Source: Dehalococcoidia bacterium (GTDB lineage Bacteria; Chloroflexota; Dehalococcoidia; UBA2979). Taken from it: a stretch of DNA of 64,000 nt. Location: NCBI GenBank assembly GCA_965219085.1, contig OZ244720.1:2656001-2720000 (forward strand), read 5' to 3'. Position numbers and translations under genes: made by a program. A model generated the notes under the pieces. The model saw nothing but the letters and a program-made list of their open reading frames with translations, did no database searches and had not been told where the DNA came from. This document shows positions 9,344 through 17,172 of the stretch, piece after piece. The number at the start of each line of letters is the position of its first letter. Position 1 is the stretch's first letter.

Positions 9344-10660
9344 ATGGCGGACGTGGATGCGACGCCGCGCCGGCCGCGCGTCTTCTGGGGCTGGTGGATC
9401 TTCGCCGCCGCGATCATCGCGCAGTTCGTCACCATCGGCTTCGCTGCGCAGGTCACCGGCGTGTTCCTCAAGCCGATGACCGAGGAGCTCGGCTGGACGC
9501 GCTCCGAGTACGTGCTCGCCGCCTCGCTGGGGTTCGGCATCGGCGGGATCAGCGGCTTCTTCATCGGCCCGCTCATCGACCGCTACGGCGCGCGTCCGAT
9601 CATGCTCGTGGGCGCGACGCTCGGCGGGCTGTCGCTCATCGTCGTCTCGCAGATCGAGGCGCTGTGGCAGTTCATCCTCGTGCGAGGTGCATTCAGCCAA
9701 CTCGGGCTCTTCATGGTCGGCCCGTTCGTCGTGAACGTGACGCTCTCGAAGTGGTTCGTGATCAACCGGGGGCGCGTGATCGCGCTGGCCTCGATCGGCC
9801 CCGCGCTCGGCGGGGTGATCCCGCCGCTGGTGCTCACGCCGATCGTCGACAACTACGGCTGGGAAGCGGGCTGGGTGGTGATGGGCATCACCACGCTCGT
9901 GCTCGTGTACCCGTGCGCGCTCATCATGCGGAGGCAGCCGGAGGACTATGGCATCCTGCCCGACGGCAAGACCGGCTACGAGGAGTCGACCGAGGAGGAG
10001 CGGCGGCAGAGGGAGTTCGTCCGTCGCGACTTCGCGAGTTCCTACACGCGCGGCGAAGCCGTGCGGACCAGCTCGATGTGGTTGCTTGTGGTGGGGTTCG
10101 CCTTCGCGGTAGCCGTGGTGGGCTCGGTGTTCGCGCACGTCATCCCGTTTATCACCGACGCGGGCTACACCCGGCCGCAGGCGGCGTTCGTGTTCGCGAC
10201 GCAGGGCGTGGTCGCGCTTGTCTCGAAGTTCTTCTGGGCGTGGATCATGCAGAAGAGCTCACCGCGCGGGCTGACGGTGCTGTCGATGGCGATGATGGGC
10301 GCCTCGGTGGCGCTGCTCTCGCCGGCCGCCGACCACTCGTTGGGGGCGCTGCTTGTGGCGTTCTCGATGTTCGGGTTCGGCGTCGGCGGGATGTTCCCGC
10401 TGTTCGAGTTCGTATGGGCGTGGTACTTCGGGCGGCGCTACATCGGGGCGGTGCGCAGCACCGGACTGCCGGTGAGCGTGGTGATCGCGGTGACGGGGCC
10501 GATCCTGACCGGGCTCTACTTCGACTCGGTCGGGAACTACACCGGCGCATTCTTCGCCCTCGCCGCCGTGCTCATCATCGGCAGTGCGCTCATCCTGATC
10601 TCGCGTCGGCCTGCGCCAAAGCAGCCCGCCGAGGCGCCGCCGATGGCGCGGGGGGCGTAG
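9344..10660 (+). CDS. MFS transporter
   Basis: VFWGWWI, GPLIDRYGAR, WYFGRR; multiple TM segments. Confidence 0.9.
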   Translation: MADVDATPRRPRVFWGWWIFAAAIIAQFVTIGFAAQVTGVFLKPMTEELGWTRSEYVLAASLGFGIGGISGFFIGPLIDRYGARPIMLVGATLGGLSLIVVSQIEALWQFILVRGAFSQLGLFMVGPFVVNVTLSKWFVINRGRVIALASIGPALGGVIPPLVLTPIVDNYGWEAGWVVMGITTLVLVYPCALIMRRQPEDYGILPDGKTGYEESTEEERRQREFVRRDFASSYTRGEAVRTSSMWLLVVGFAFAVAVVGSVFAHVIPFITDAGYTRPQAAFVFATQGVVALVSKFFWAWIMQKSSPRGLTVLSMAMMGASVALLSPAADHSLGALLVAFSMFGFGVGGMFPLFEFVWAWYFGRRYIGAVRSTGLPVSVVIAVTGPILTGLYFDSVGNYTGAFFALAAVLIIGSALILISRRPAPKQPAEAPPMARGA

Positions 10661-11614
10661 TTGGGCGAGGCAGCCGCAGTGGGCGCGGCGGTCAGTTGGG
10701 CCTTCTCGAGCGTCGCGCTCACCTCGGTGAGCGCGCGCGTGCCGGCGCTGGTGGTCGGCGCGCTGATGGCGTCGTTCGCGAGCCTCATCCTCCTCGGCGC
10801 ACTCGTCGTCACAGGGCAGTACGAGGACCTGACGGCGGCGAGCGCGACAACGCTGCTGGCCCTCCTGGGGAGCGGCGTCATCGGCTTCGTCATCGCGGAG
10901 CCGCTCTACGTGCGCACGCTCTCCATCCTCGGTATGCAGCGCACCTACCCGGTCGCCATGGGCCTGTTCATCCTGTTCGCGACCACCGGCGGCATCGTGC
11001 TGCTGGGCGAGCGTTTCACGCCCGGGCTGATTGCGGGAGGGGTGCTGATCGTGGGCGGCGCGTATCTCATCGCGGCATTCCGCCGGGAGCAGTTGCCGCA
11101 CGCGAGCCATGCCGGTCCGCAGTCCGCCGGTGAGGGCGGGACCCGGAGGGCGACGGCTCCTGCCGCGGTCAGCGCGAGCCCCAGACGCCTCCAGGCGTAC
11201 GGCATGCTGGTGCTCGTGCCCGTGATGTGGACGACGGCCACACTGGTGCTCGCCCACACGGGCGACGAAGTCGGCCCGATCCCGGCGGCCGCGCTGCGCG
11301 TACCCGCGGGCGCGATGTTGCTGACGGCGTTCCTGCTGCTCGCGCGTCCGCGCGATCTGGAGGCCGCGCTGCGGAGTCGGCGCGACGTGCTCACGATCGC
11401 CGGGGCAGGCGTGGTGGGCATCTCGATCGCGAGTCTGCTGTTCGTCTTCGCGCTGTTCGAGGCGGGCGCGGCGCGTACGTCGGTGCTGACGGCCAGTTCG
11501 CCGCTGTTCGCGATGCCACTCGCCGTTGCGTTCCTGGGCGAGCAACTGACGCGGTACGTGCTGCTGGGGACGACCCTGAGCGTGGCGGGCATCATTATCG
11601 TCGTCACGCTCTGA
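10661..11614 (+). CDS. DMT/EamA family transporter
   Basis: MGEAAAVGAAVSWA, LLGERFT, FLGEQLT; two EamA halves; TTG start. Confidence 0.85.
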   Translation: MGEAAAVGAAVSWAFSSVALTSVSARVPALVVGALMASFASLILLGALVVTGQYEDLTAASATTLLALLGSGVIGFVIAEPLYVRTLSILGMQRTYPVAMGLFILFATTGGIVLLGERFTPGLIAGGVLIVGGAYLIAAFRREQLPHASHAGPQSAGEGGTRRATAPAAVSASPRRLQAYGMLVLVPVMWTTATLVLAHTGDEVGPIPAAALRVPAGAMLLTAFLLLARPRDLEAALRSRRDVLTIAGAGVVGISIASLLFVFALFEAGAARTSVLTASSPLFAMPLAVAFLGEQLTRYVLLGTTLSVAGIIIVVTL

Positions 11615-11647
11615 GCCCTCGGGCCGGCGGCGCGCTGGAGGCCAAAC

Positions 11648-12562
11648 GTGGGTGAAGCTGCGGCACTGACGATGGCGGTGAGCTGGGCCGCCACGGGCGC
11701 TGCCGTCACCTCGCTCAGTGCCCGCCTCCCGGCGATGGCGCTGACGGGCCTGGAGATCTCGTTCGCCACCATCGTCATCCTCGGCGCGCTCATCGTGTCG
11801 GGGCAGGCGGGAGACGTGGCCGGCGCCAGCGCGGTCACGCTGCTGGCGGTGGCGGGCAGCGGCGTCATCGATTTCGCCGTCGCCGAGCCGGTCTACATTC
11901 GCGCACTGCGCGTGGCCGGGATGCAGCGCACCTACGGCGTCACGACGGGACTCTTCATCCTGCTCACCACCGCTGGCGGCGTCGTCATCCTCGGCGAGCG
12001 CTTCACGCCCGGCCTCCCGATCGGCGGCGCGCTCATCGTCTGCGGCACCTACCTCATCGTCGCGCGCTGGCAGGCGCCCGCCAGTCGCGAGGCGGCGCCG
12101 CCCGGCTCCTCGGCGGTCGCTGCGCCGGCGCGGGCCATCGAGGGCTATGCGTTGCTGGTGGCGGTGCCGATCCTGTGGGCCGCCTCGACGCTGTGGCTCG
12201 CGGGCGCGGGCGGCGACCTCGGCACGATCCCGTCGGCTGCACTGCGTGTGACGACAGGCACCGTCTTGCTGATGGCGGTGCTGCTGACCGTGCGCCGCAA
12301 GGACCTGCGGTTCGCGGTCTCGCGGCGGCGCGACGTGGTCACGATCGCGCTCGCGAGCCTTGTGGGTATCTCCGTCGCCAACCTGCTCTACGTCTACGCG
12401 CTGGTCGAGGCGGGCGCGGCGCGCACGGCCGTACTCGCGGCGAGCGCCCCACTGTTCGCGATCCCGTTCGCGATCGTGTTTCTTCGGGAGCCGCTGACAC
12501 GGCGAGTGGTGCTGGGGACTACCCTGAGCGTGACGGGCATCATCGTCGTCGTCACGTTCTGA
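11648..12562 (+). CDS. DMT/EamA family transporter (tandem paralogue)
   Basis: Colinear with the upstream copy (GMQRTY, LGERFTPGL, EAGAART, LGTTLSV); GTG start. Confidence 0.85.
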   Translation: MGEAAALTMAVSWAATGAAVTSLSARLPAMALTGLEISFATIVILGALIVSGQAGDVAGASAVTLLAVAGSGVIDFAVAEPVYIRALRVAGMQRTYGVTTGLFILLTTAGGVVILGERFTPGLPIGGALIVCGTYLIVARWQAPASREAAPPGSSAVAAPARAIEGYALLVAVPILWAASTLWLAGAGGDLGTIPSAALRVTTGTVLLMAVLLTVRRKDLRFAVSRRRDVVTIALASLVGISVANLLYVYALVEAGAARTAVLAASAPLFAIPFAIVFLREPLTRRVVLGTTLSVTGIIVVVTF

Positions 12563-12598
12563 GCCCTCGCGGCGCGGAACGCCGGGAGGAGGGCCGAG

Positions 12599-13621
12599 GT
12601 GAGCGCGAGCGAACACGACGCGGACGAGCAGGGCGCGGACGAGCACGACGCGGACGAGCAGAGCCCGCCAGAGCAGACCGCGCCGGGGCCACGAGTCCCG
12701 GGACTGGGCCTCCCCAGGGCCGGTGCAACGGAGCAGGGCACACCTGAAGCGGACCCAGCGGGACCGGGCGCACCGGGACCGGGCGCACCGGGACTGGGCA
12801 TACCGAGGGCGGACGCCCCCGAACAGCCCTCGCCCGACCGCAGCCCGAGCGACATCGCCAACGAACTCAACGAGCGCGGCATCGCGTTCGCGCAGTCGGG
12901 CGAGACCGAGCGCGCGCTCGCCGAGTTCACGCGCGCGATCGAGACCGCGCCCGACGCGAAGGAGCCGTACAACAACCGCGGCAACCTGCTGCTCGACGTC
13001 GGCCAGCCCCAGCGCGCCGAGGACGACTACAACCGCGCGCTCGAGATCGACCCCAACTACGTCGACCCGTACTGCGGCCGCGCGGCGGCGCGCCGCACCC
13101 TCGGGCGCGTGGACGAGGCGCTCGAGGACTACGAGCGGGCGCTGGCGCTGCAGCCGGGCAAGGTGAACGCGTTCCTCGGGCGCGGCGAGACGCGCCGCCT
13201 GCGTGGTGACCTGGACGGCGCGCTCGATGACTTCGACCAGGCGATGGAGATCGGGAGCGACCCGGACCGCGTGGCGGCGCTGACGGGCCGCGCGGCGGTC
13301 CTCGCCGACGTCGGCGAGTTCGACCGGGCGCTCGAGGATCTGGACCGCGCAATCGGCATTGCGCCGAACAGCGTCACCGCGCTGAACAACCGGGGCGTGG
13401 TGCTGCTCGGCGCGGGCCGGGCGGAGGGGGCGATCGCGGACTTCGACAAGGTGCTGGAGCAGCAGCCGCTACTGGTGGCCGCGCTGGTGAATCGCGGTCG
13501 CGCGCACGCCAGCACGGGGGCGAGGTGGAAGGCGCGGTCGGACTTCGAACGCGCCCTGGCGGTGACCGCCGACGAGGGGCTGCGGGCACGCATCAACACG
13601 CTCATGGAGCGATTGACGTAG
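12599..13621 (+). CDS. tetratricopeptide-repeat protein with low-complexity N-terminus
   Basis: About seven 34-aa TPR units (YNNRG...A..DY.RALEIDP); N-terminal EHDADEQ and GPGAP repeats. Confidence 0.88.
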   Translation: MSASEHDADEQGADEHDADEQSPPEQTAPGPRVPGLGLPRAGATEQGTPEADPAGPGAPGPGAPGLGIPRADAPEQPSPDRSPSDIANELNERGIAFAQSGETERALAEFTRAIETAPDAKEPYNNRGNLLLDVGQPQRAEDDYNRALEIDPNYVDPYCGRAAARRTLGRVDEALEDYERALALQPGKVNAFLGRGETRRLRGDLDGALDDFDQAMEIGSDPDRVAALTGRAAVLADVGEFDRALEDLDRAIGIAPNSVTALNNRGVVLLGAGRAEGAIADFDKVLEQQPLLVAALVNRGRAHASTGARWKARSDFERALAVTADEGLRARINTLMERLT

Positions 13622-13738
13622 CCCCGAGGCACTGCGAGGCTGCCCGCAACCGACGCAGGCAACGGGTGCCAGGGTGCCTCGTGGCCCGCGGGCCGATGAC
13701 AGCGAATCAGCGCGTTCGCGCGTGTGAGAGGGGATGCA

Positions 13739-14956
13739 ATGGACTGGGGAGACAGCACCGAGCAGGCGACGTTCCGCGAGGACGTGTCGAGCTTCATCCA
13801 GTCCCGGCTGCCCGAGCACTACCGCCGGCTGGCCGAGCAGGGCGACGCAGGCGACTGGCAGACCGACCGCCACCTCGGCGACGATCAGGCGAAGGCCGCC
13901 GCCAAGGAGTGGGAAGAGGCCGTCGCGGAGCGCGGCTGGGTCGCGCCCCACTGGCCGACCGAGTACGGCGGCGCCGGCATGTCCTCGATGGAGCACTTCA
14001 TCCTCAACGAGGAGATGTCCAAGGCGGGCGCCCCGCAGGTCGGCGGCCAGGGCGTGGCGATGCTGGGCCCGACGCTGATCGTGCACGGCACCGACGACCA
14101 GAAGAGCAAGTTCCTGACGGCGACGCTCAGCGGCGAGATTGACTGGGCGCAGGGTTACTCCGAGCCGAGCGCCGGCTCCGACCTCGCCTCGCTGCAGACG
14201 CGCGCCGTCCGCGACGGCGACGAGTGGGTGATCAACGGCCAGAAGATCTGGACCTCCAACGCGCACCGCGCCGACTGGATCTTCGCGCTCGTGCGCACCG
14301 ACCCGGACGCCCCGAAGCACCGCGGTATCAGCTTCATGCTCATGGACATGGCGACGCCCGGCATCGGCGTGCGCCCGCTCATCAGCGGCGGCTGGAGGCA
14401 CTTCTCCAACGAGACGTTCTACGAGGACGTCCGGGTGCCGGCCTCGCAGGTGGTGGGTGAGGTCAACCGCGGCTGGTACGTCGGCATGACGCTGCTCGAC
14501 TACGAGCGCTCCTCGATCGGCGGCGCCGTGGAGATGAGCCGCCAGCTGATGGCGGCCATCGAGTACATCCACACGGACGAGGGCGGCGAGAAGTCGCGCG
14601 TCGGCGAGCTGCCCTCGGTGCGTGCGGAGATAGCGGACCGCTACATCGAGATCGAGGTGAGCTTCAACCTGTCGTTCCGCATCGCGTCGATGCAGGCGTC
14701 GGGGCTGATCCCGAACATGGAAGCGTCGATGGGCAAGGTGTTCTCGTCCGAGGTGAGCCAGCGGGTGCACCGCACGGGCACGCGCATGTTCGGGCTGTAC
14801 TCGAACGTGTGGGACGAGGAGAGCGAGTACTCGCCGTACCGCAGCCGCTTCACGCAGAACTACTTCCACCGCATCCCGGCCACGATCGCGGGCGGGACAT
14901 CGGAGATTCAGCGCAACATCATCGCCACGCGCGGGCTCGGCCTGCCGCGCGGTTAG
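13739..14956 (+). CDS. acyl-CoA dehydrogenase
   Basis: WPTEYGG, QGYSEPSAGSDLASL, INGQKIWTS, GEVNRGW, TIAGGTSEIQRNII. Confidence 0.95.
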   Translation: MDWGDSTEQATFREDVSSFIQSRLPEHYRRLAEQGDAGDWQTDRHLGDDQAKAAAKEWEEAVAERGWVAPHWPTEYGGAGMSSMEHFILNEEMSKAGAPQVGGQGVAMLGPTLIVHGTDDQKSKFLTATLSGEIDWAQGYSEPSAGSDLASLQTRAVRDGDEWVINGQKIWTSNAHRADWIFALVRTDPDAPKHRGISFMLMDMATPGIGVRPLISGGWRHFSNETFYEDVRVPASQVVGEVNRGWYVGMTLLDYERSSIGGAVEMSRQLMAAIEYIHTDEGGEKSRVGELPSVRAEIADRYIEIEVSFNLSFRIASMQASGLIPNMEASMGKVFSSEVSQRVHRTGTRMFGLYSNVWDEESEYSPYRSRFTQNYFHRIPATIAGGTSEIQRNIIATRGLGLPRG

Positions 14957-14979
14957 CCACCCTCGCACGCTCGCGAACA

Positions 14980-15008
14980 CGCAGCCCCCGCTTCGTGCGG
15001 GGGCTGCG
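14980..15008 (+). terminator. 12-bp GC stem-loop after the acyl-CoA dehydrogenase
   Basis: CGCAGCCCCCGC-TTCGT-GCGGGGGCTGCG; no clear U tract. Confidence 0.55.
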
Positions 15009-15114
15009 GCGTTAACGGCGGCGCGGGAACACGACGCGGATGTGAACGGTCCGCCCGCCTCCGGGTATATGCTCGGGCCGCGCATGACGCTCCCACAGCG
15101 GTCATGAGGAAAGC

Positions 15115-15387
15115 GTGATGAAGGGCAAGTACCAGCCGGACGAGGTGGCGGCTCGAGGAGACGCCATCTACCACGAGCAGATCAAACCGAAGGTCGGGGA
15201 CCTCGAGAAGGGTACGTTCGTTGTCATCGACATCGAGTCGGGCGACTACGAGATAGCTCCCGACGACGCCACGGCTACCTTTCGGCTGCTTGACCGGCAT
15301 CCGTCGGCCGTGACCTGGGCGGTGCGCATCGGTTACCGCGCGGCATACTCGCACCTCGGCCCGTGGCCGTCCCCTCGAGATGCCTAG
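15115..15387 (+). CDS. small conserved protein (DUF5678-like) paired with a clan AA protease
   Basis: RGDAIYHEQI...GTFVVIDIESGDYEI...HP...RIG; overlaps the downstream protease start. Confidence 0.7.
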   Translation: MMKGKYQPDEVAARGDAIYHEQIKPKVGDLEKGTFVVIDIESGDYEIAPDDATATFRLLDRHPSAVTWAVRIGYRAAYSHLGPWPSPRDA

Positions 15388-15760
15388 CGGGACGGTGAGG
15401 GCGGACCGGCGCGCGCAGCTGACGATCGAGACACTCGACCGAGACGGTCGCTCTCACCCGGTGGATGTGGTTCTGGACACTGGATTCACGGGTAGTCTGA
15501 CGTTGCCGCCCGAGACCATCCGGCTGCTTGGCCTGCTCTACATAGGTATGAGGACATTCGAGCTGGCCGATAGCCAGCAGGTCCGTTTCGATACCTACCT
15601 CGGATCGGTGTCCTGGCATGATCGTGAGCGGTTGGTCGTCACCCTGGAATCGGACGGAGCGCCGCTCCTCGGGACGCGGCTGCTCTGGGGCAGCCGCGTC
15701 ACGATGGACGCGCTGGCCGGAGGAGCCGTCGAGATCGAGGAGCTGGCGACGGCCGAATGA
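15380..15760 (+). CDS. clan AA (retropepsin-like) aspartic protease, AF_0612-type
   Basis: VVLDTGFTGSLTLP, ELAD, PLLG. Confidence 0.85.
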   Translation: MPSGTVRADRRAQLTIETLDRDGRSHPVDVVLDTGFTGSLTLPPETIRLLGLLYIGMRTFELADSQQVRFDTYLGSVSWHDRERLVVTLESDGAPLLGTRLLWGSRVTMDALAGGAVEIEELATAE

Positions 15761-15790
15761 TGGCGTTGGCGTCCTGTCGGTGAGGGCAGC

Positions 15791-16180
15791 GTGGAGCGCC
15801 TGATCGTCGACGGGATGAACGTCATCGGCAGCCGCCCGACAGGCTGGTGGCGCGACCGCGACGGTGCGAAGCGAGAGTTCATCGCCACGCTCCAGGACTT
15901 CGCCAACGCCTCCGGCGCCTCCATCACCGTCGTCCTCGACGGTCGCCCGCTACCCGACATGCCCGAGGGCTCGCACGACGGCGTGCGCGTGCTCTACGCA
16001 CGGAGGCGCGAGCGCGACGCTGCCGACGACCGCATCGTCGAGCTGGTTGAAGGTGACGCCGAGCCCGAAACGCTCGTCGTGGTCACCTCGGACGCGGCGC
16101 TGCGGCGTCGCGTACAGCGGCTGGGCGCCGGCGTGGTCGGGAGCTCGCAGCTGCTGCGACGCATCGAGGAGTCTCGGTAG
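15791..16180 (+). CDS. NYN/YacP-like PIN-fold ribonuclease
   Basis: LIVDGMNV, VVLDG, ADDRI, VVTSD. Confidence 0.85.
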   Translation: MERLIVDGMNVIGSRPTGWWRDRDGAKREFIATLQDFANASGASITVVLDGRPLPDMPEGSHDGVRVLYARRRERDAADDRIVELVEGDAEPETLVVVTSDAALRRRVQRLGAGVVGSSQLLRRIEESR

Positions 16181-16276
16181 CCACGTCCGCCCTCGGCGCG
16201 CTCGCGCGGCGTGCCGCGCGACGACCTACAATGCGGCGCGAACTGCATCGGAAACACCGAAGAGCGGAGGAACTAC

Positions 16277-17074
16277 ATGGCCATCACACCGACCGACACG
16301 CTGCGGTACGAGACCGAGGGCCGCAAGGCGATCATCACCCTCACTCGCCCCGAGGCGATGAACGCGCTGAACCGCGAGATCCTGAACGCCATCGGCGAGG
16401 CCATCCACGAGTACGAGGCCGACGACAACCTGCTGGTGGCCATCATCACCGGCGAGGGCGGGCGCGCGTTCTCGGCCGGCGCCGACCTCAAGGAGATGAC
16501 CCAGCGCGACCAGGCCGAGGGTGTCGACGACACCGACATGGGCCCGGGCTACAACGGCTTCGACGAGCTCGACGCCTGCCGCAAGCCCCTCATCGCCGCC
16601 GTCGATGGCTACTGCCTGGCGGGCGGCCTCGAGGTGACGATCTACTGCGACATGGTGGTCGCGACGGAGCAGTCGCGCTTCGGCCTGCCGGAGCCGCGCC
16701 GCTCGCTGCTGGCAGGCCCCGGCCTGCACAACCTCGCGCGGATCATCCCGTACCGCGAGGCGATGATGATCCAGCTCACCGGCGGCCACATGCCCTCGGA
16801 CCGCGCCTACGACATCGGCCTCATCCAGCGGCGCGTGCCCGACCGCGACGCGATGTGGGCAGCCGCCCACGAGTTGGCCGACGAGATCCTCGAGTGCGCC
16901 CCGCTGGCCGTGCAGGCCATCAAGCGCATCGTCAAGACCGGCCGCCAGTTGCCGGTCGAGTACTCCGAGAAGCTCGCCGAGCCGATCGCCGACTTCATCG
17001 CGACGACGGAGGACCGCCTCGAGGGCCCGAAGGCCTTCGCCGAGAAGCGCACCCCGAACTGGAAGATGCGCTAG
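16277..17074 (+). CDS. enoyl-CoA hydratase/isomerase
   Basis: RPEAMNAL, AFSAGADLKE, GGLE, FGLPE; RBS GGAGG. Confidence 0.92.
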   Translation: MAITPTDTLRYETEGRKAIITLTRPEAMNALNREILNAIGEAIHEYEADDNLLVAIITGEGGRAFSAGADLKEMTQRDQAEGVDDTDMGPGYNGFDELDACRKPLIAAVDGYCLAGGLEVTIYCDMVVATEQSRFGLPEPRRSLLAGPGLHNLARIIPYREAMMIQLTGGHMPSDRAYDIGLIQRRVPDRDAMWAAAHELADEILECAPLAVQAIKRIVKTGRQLPVEYSEKLAEPIADFIATTEDRLEGPKAFAEKRTPNWKMR

Positions 17075-17099
17075 CGCGAAGCAGCCACAGCCGCACAAC

Positions 17100-17132
17100 C
17101 GACGAGCCCTCGGTGCGTCCGAGGGCTCGTCG
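17100..17132. terminator. perfect 14-bp stem-loop between convergent genes
   Basis: CGACGAGCCCTCGG-TGCGT-CCGAGGGCTCGTCG. Confidence 0.65.
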
Positions 17133-17172
17133 CATGCGGTCCGCCCACGTGGCCAGAGCCACGTCCTGCGCC

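Noticed and set aside
10259-12646. 795-aa minus-strand ORF and similar long Arg/Ala-rich shadow ORFs (e.g. 13469-15085, 20094-21602, 30147-31913, 58067-59629)
   Set aside because: They lie antisense to well-supported genes and show no motifs; typical high-GC artefacts.
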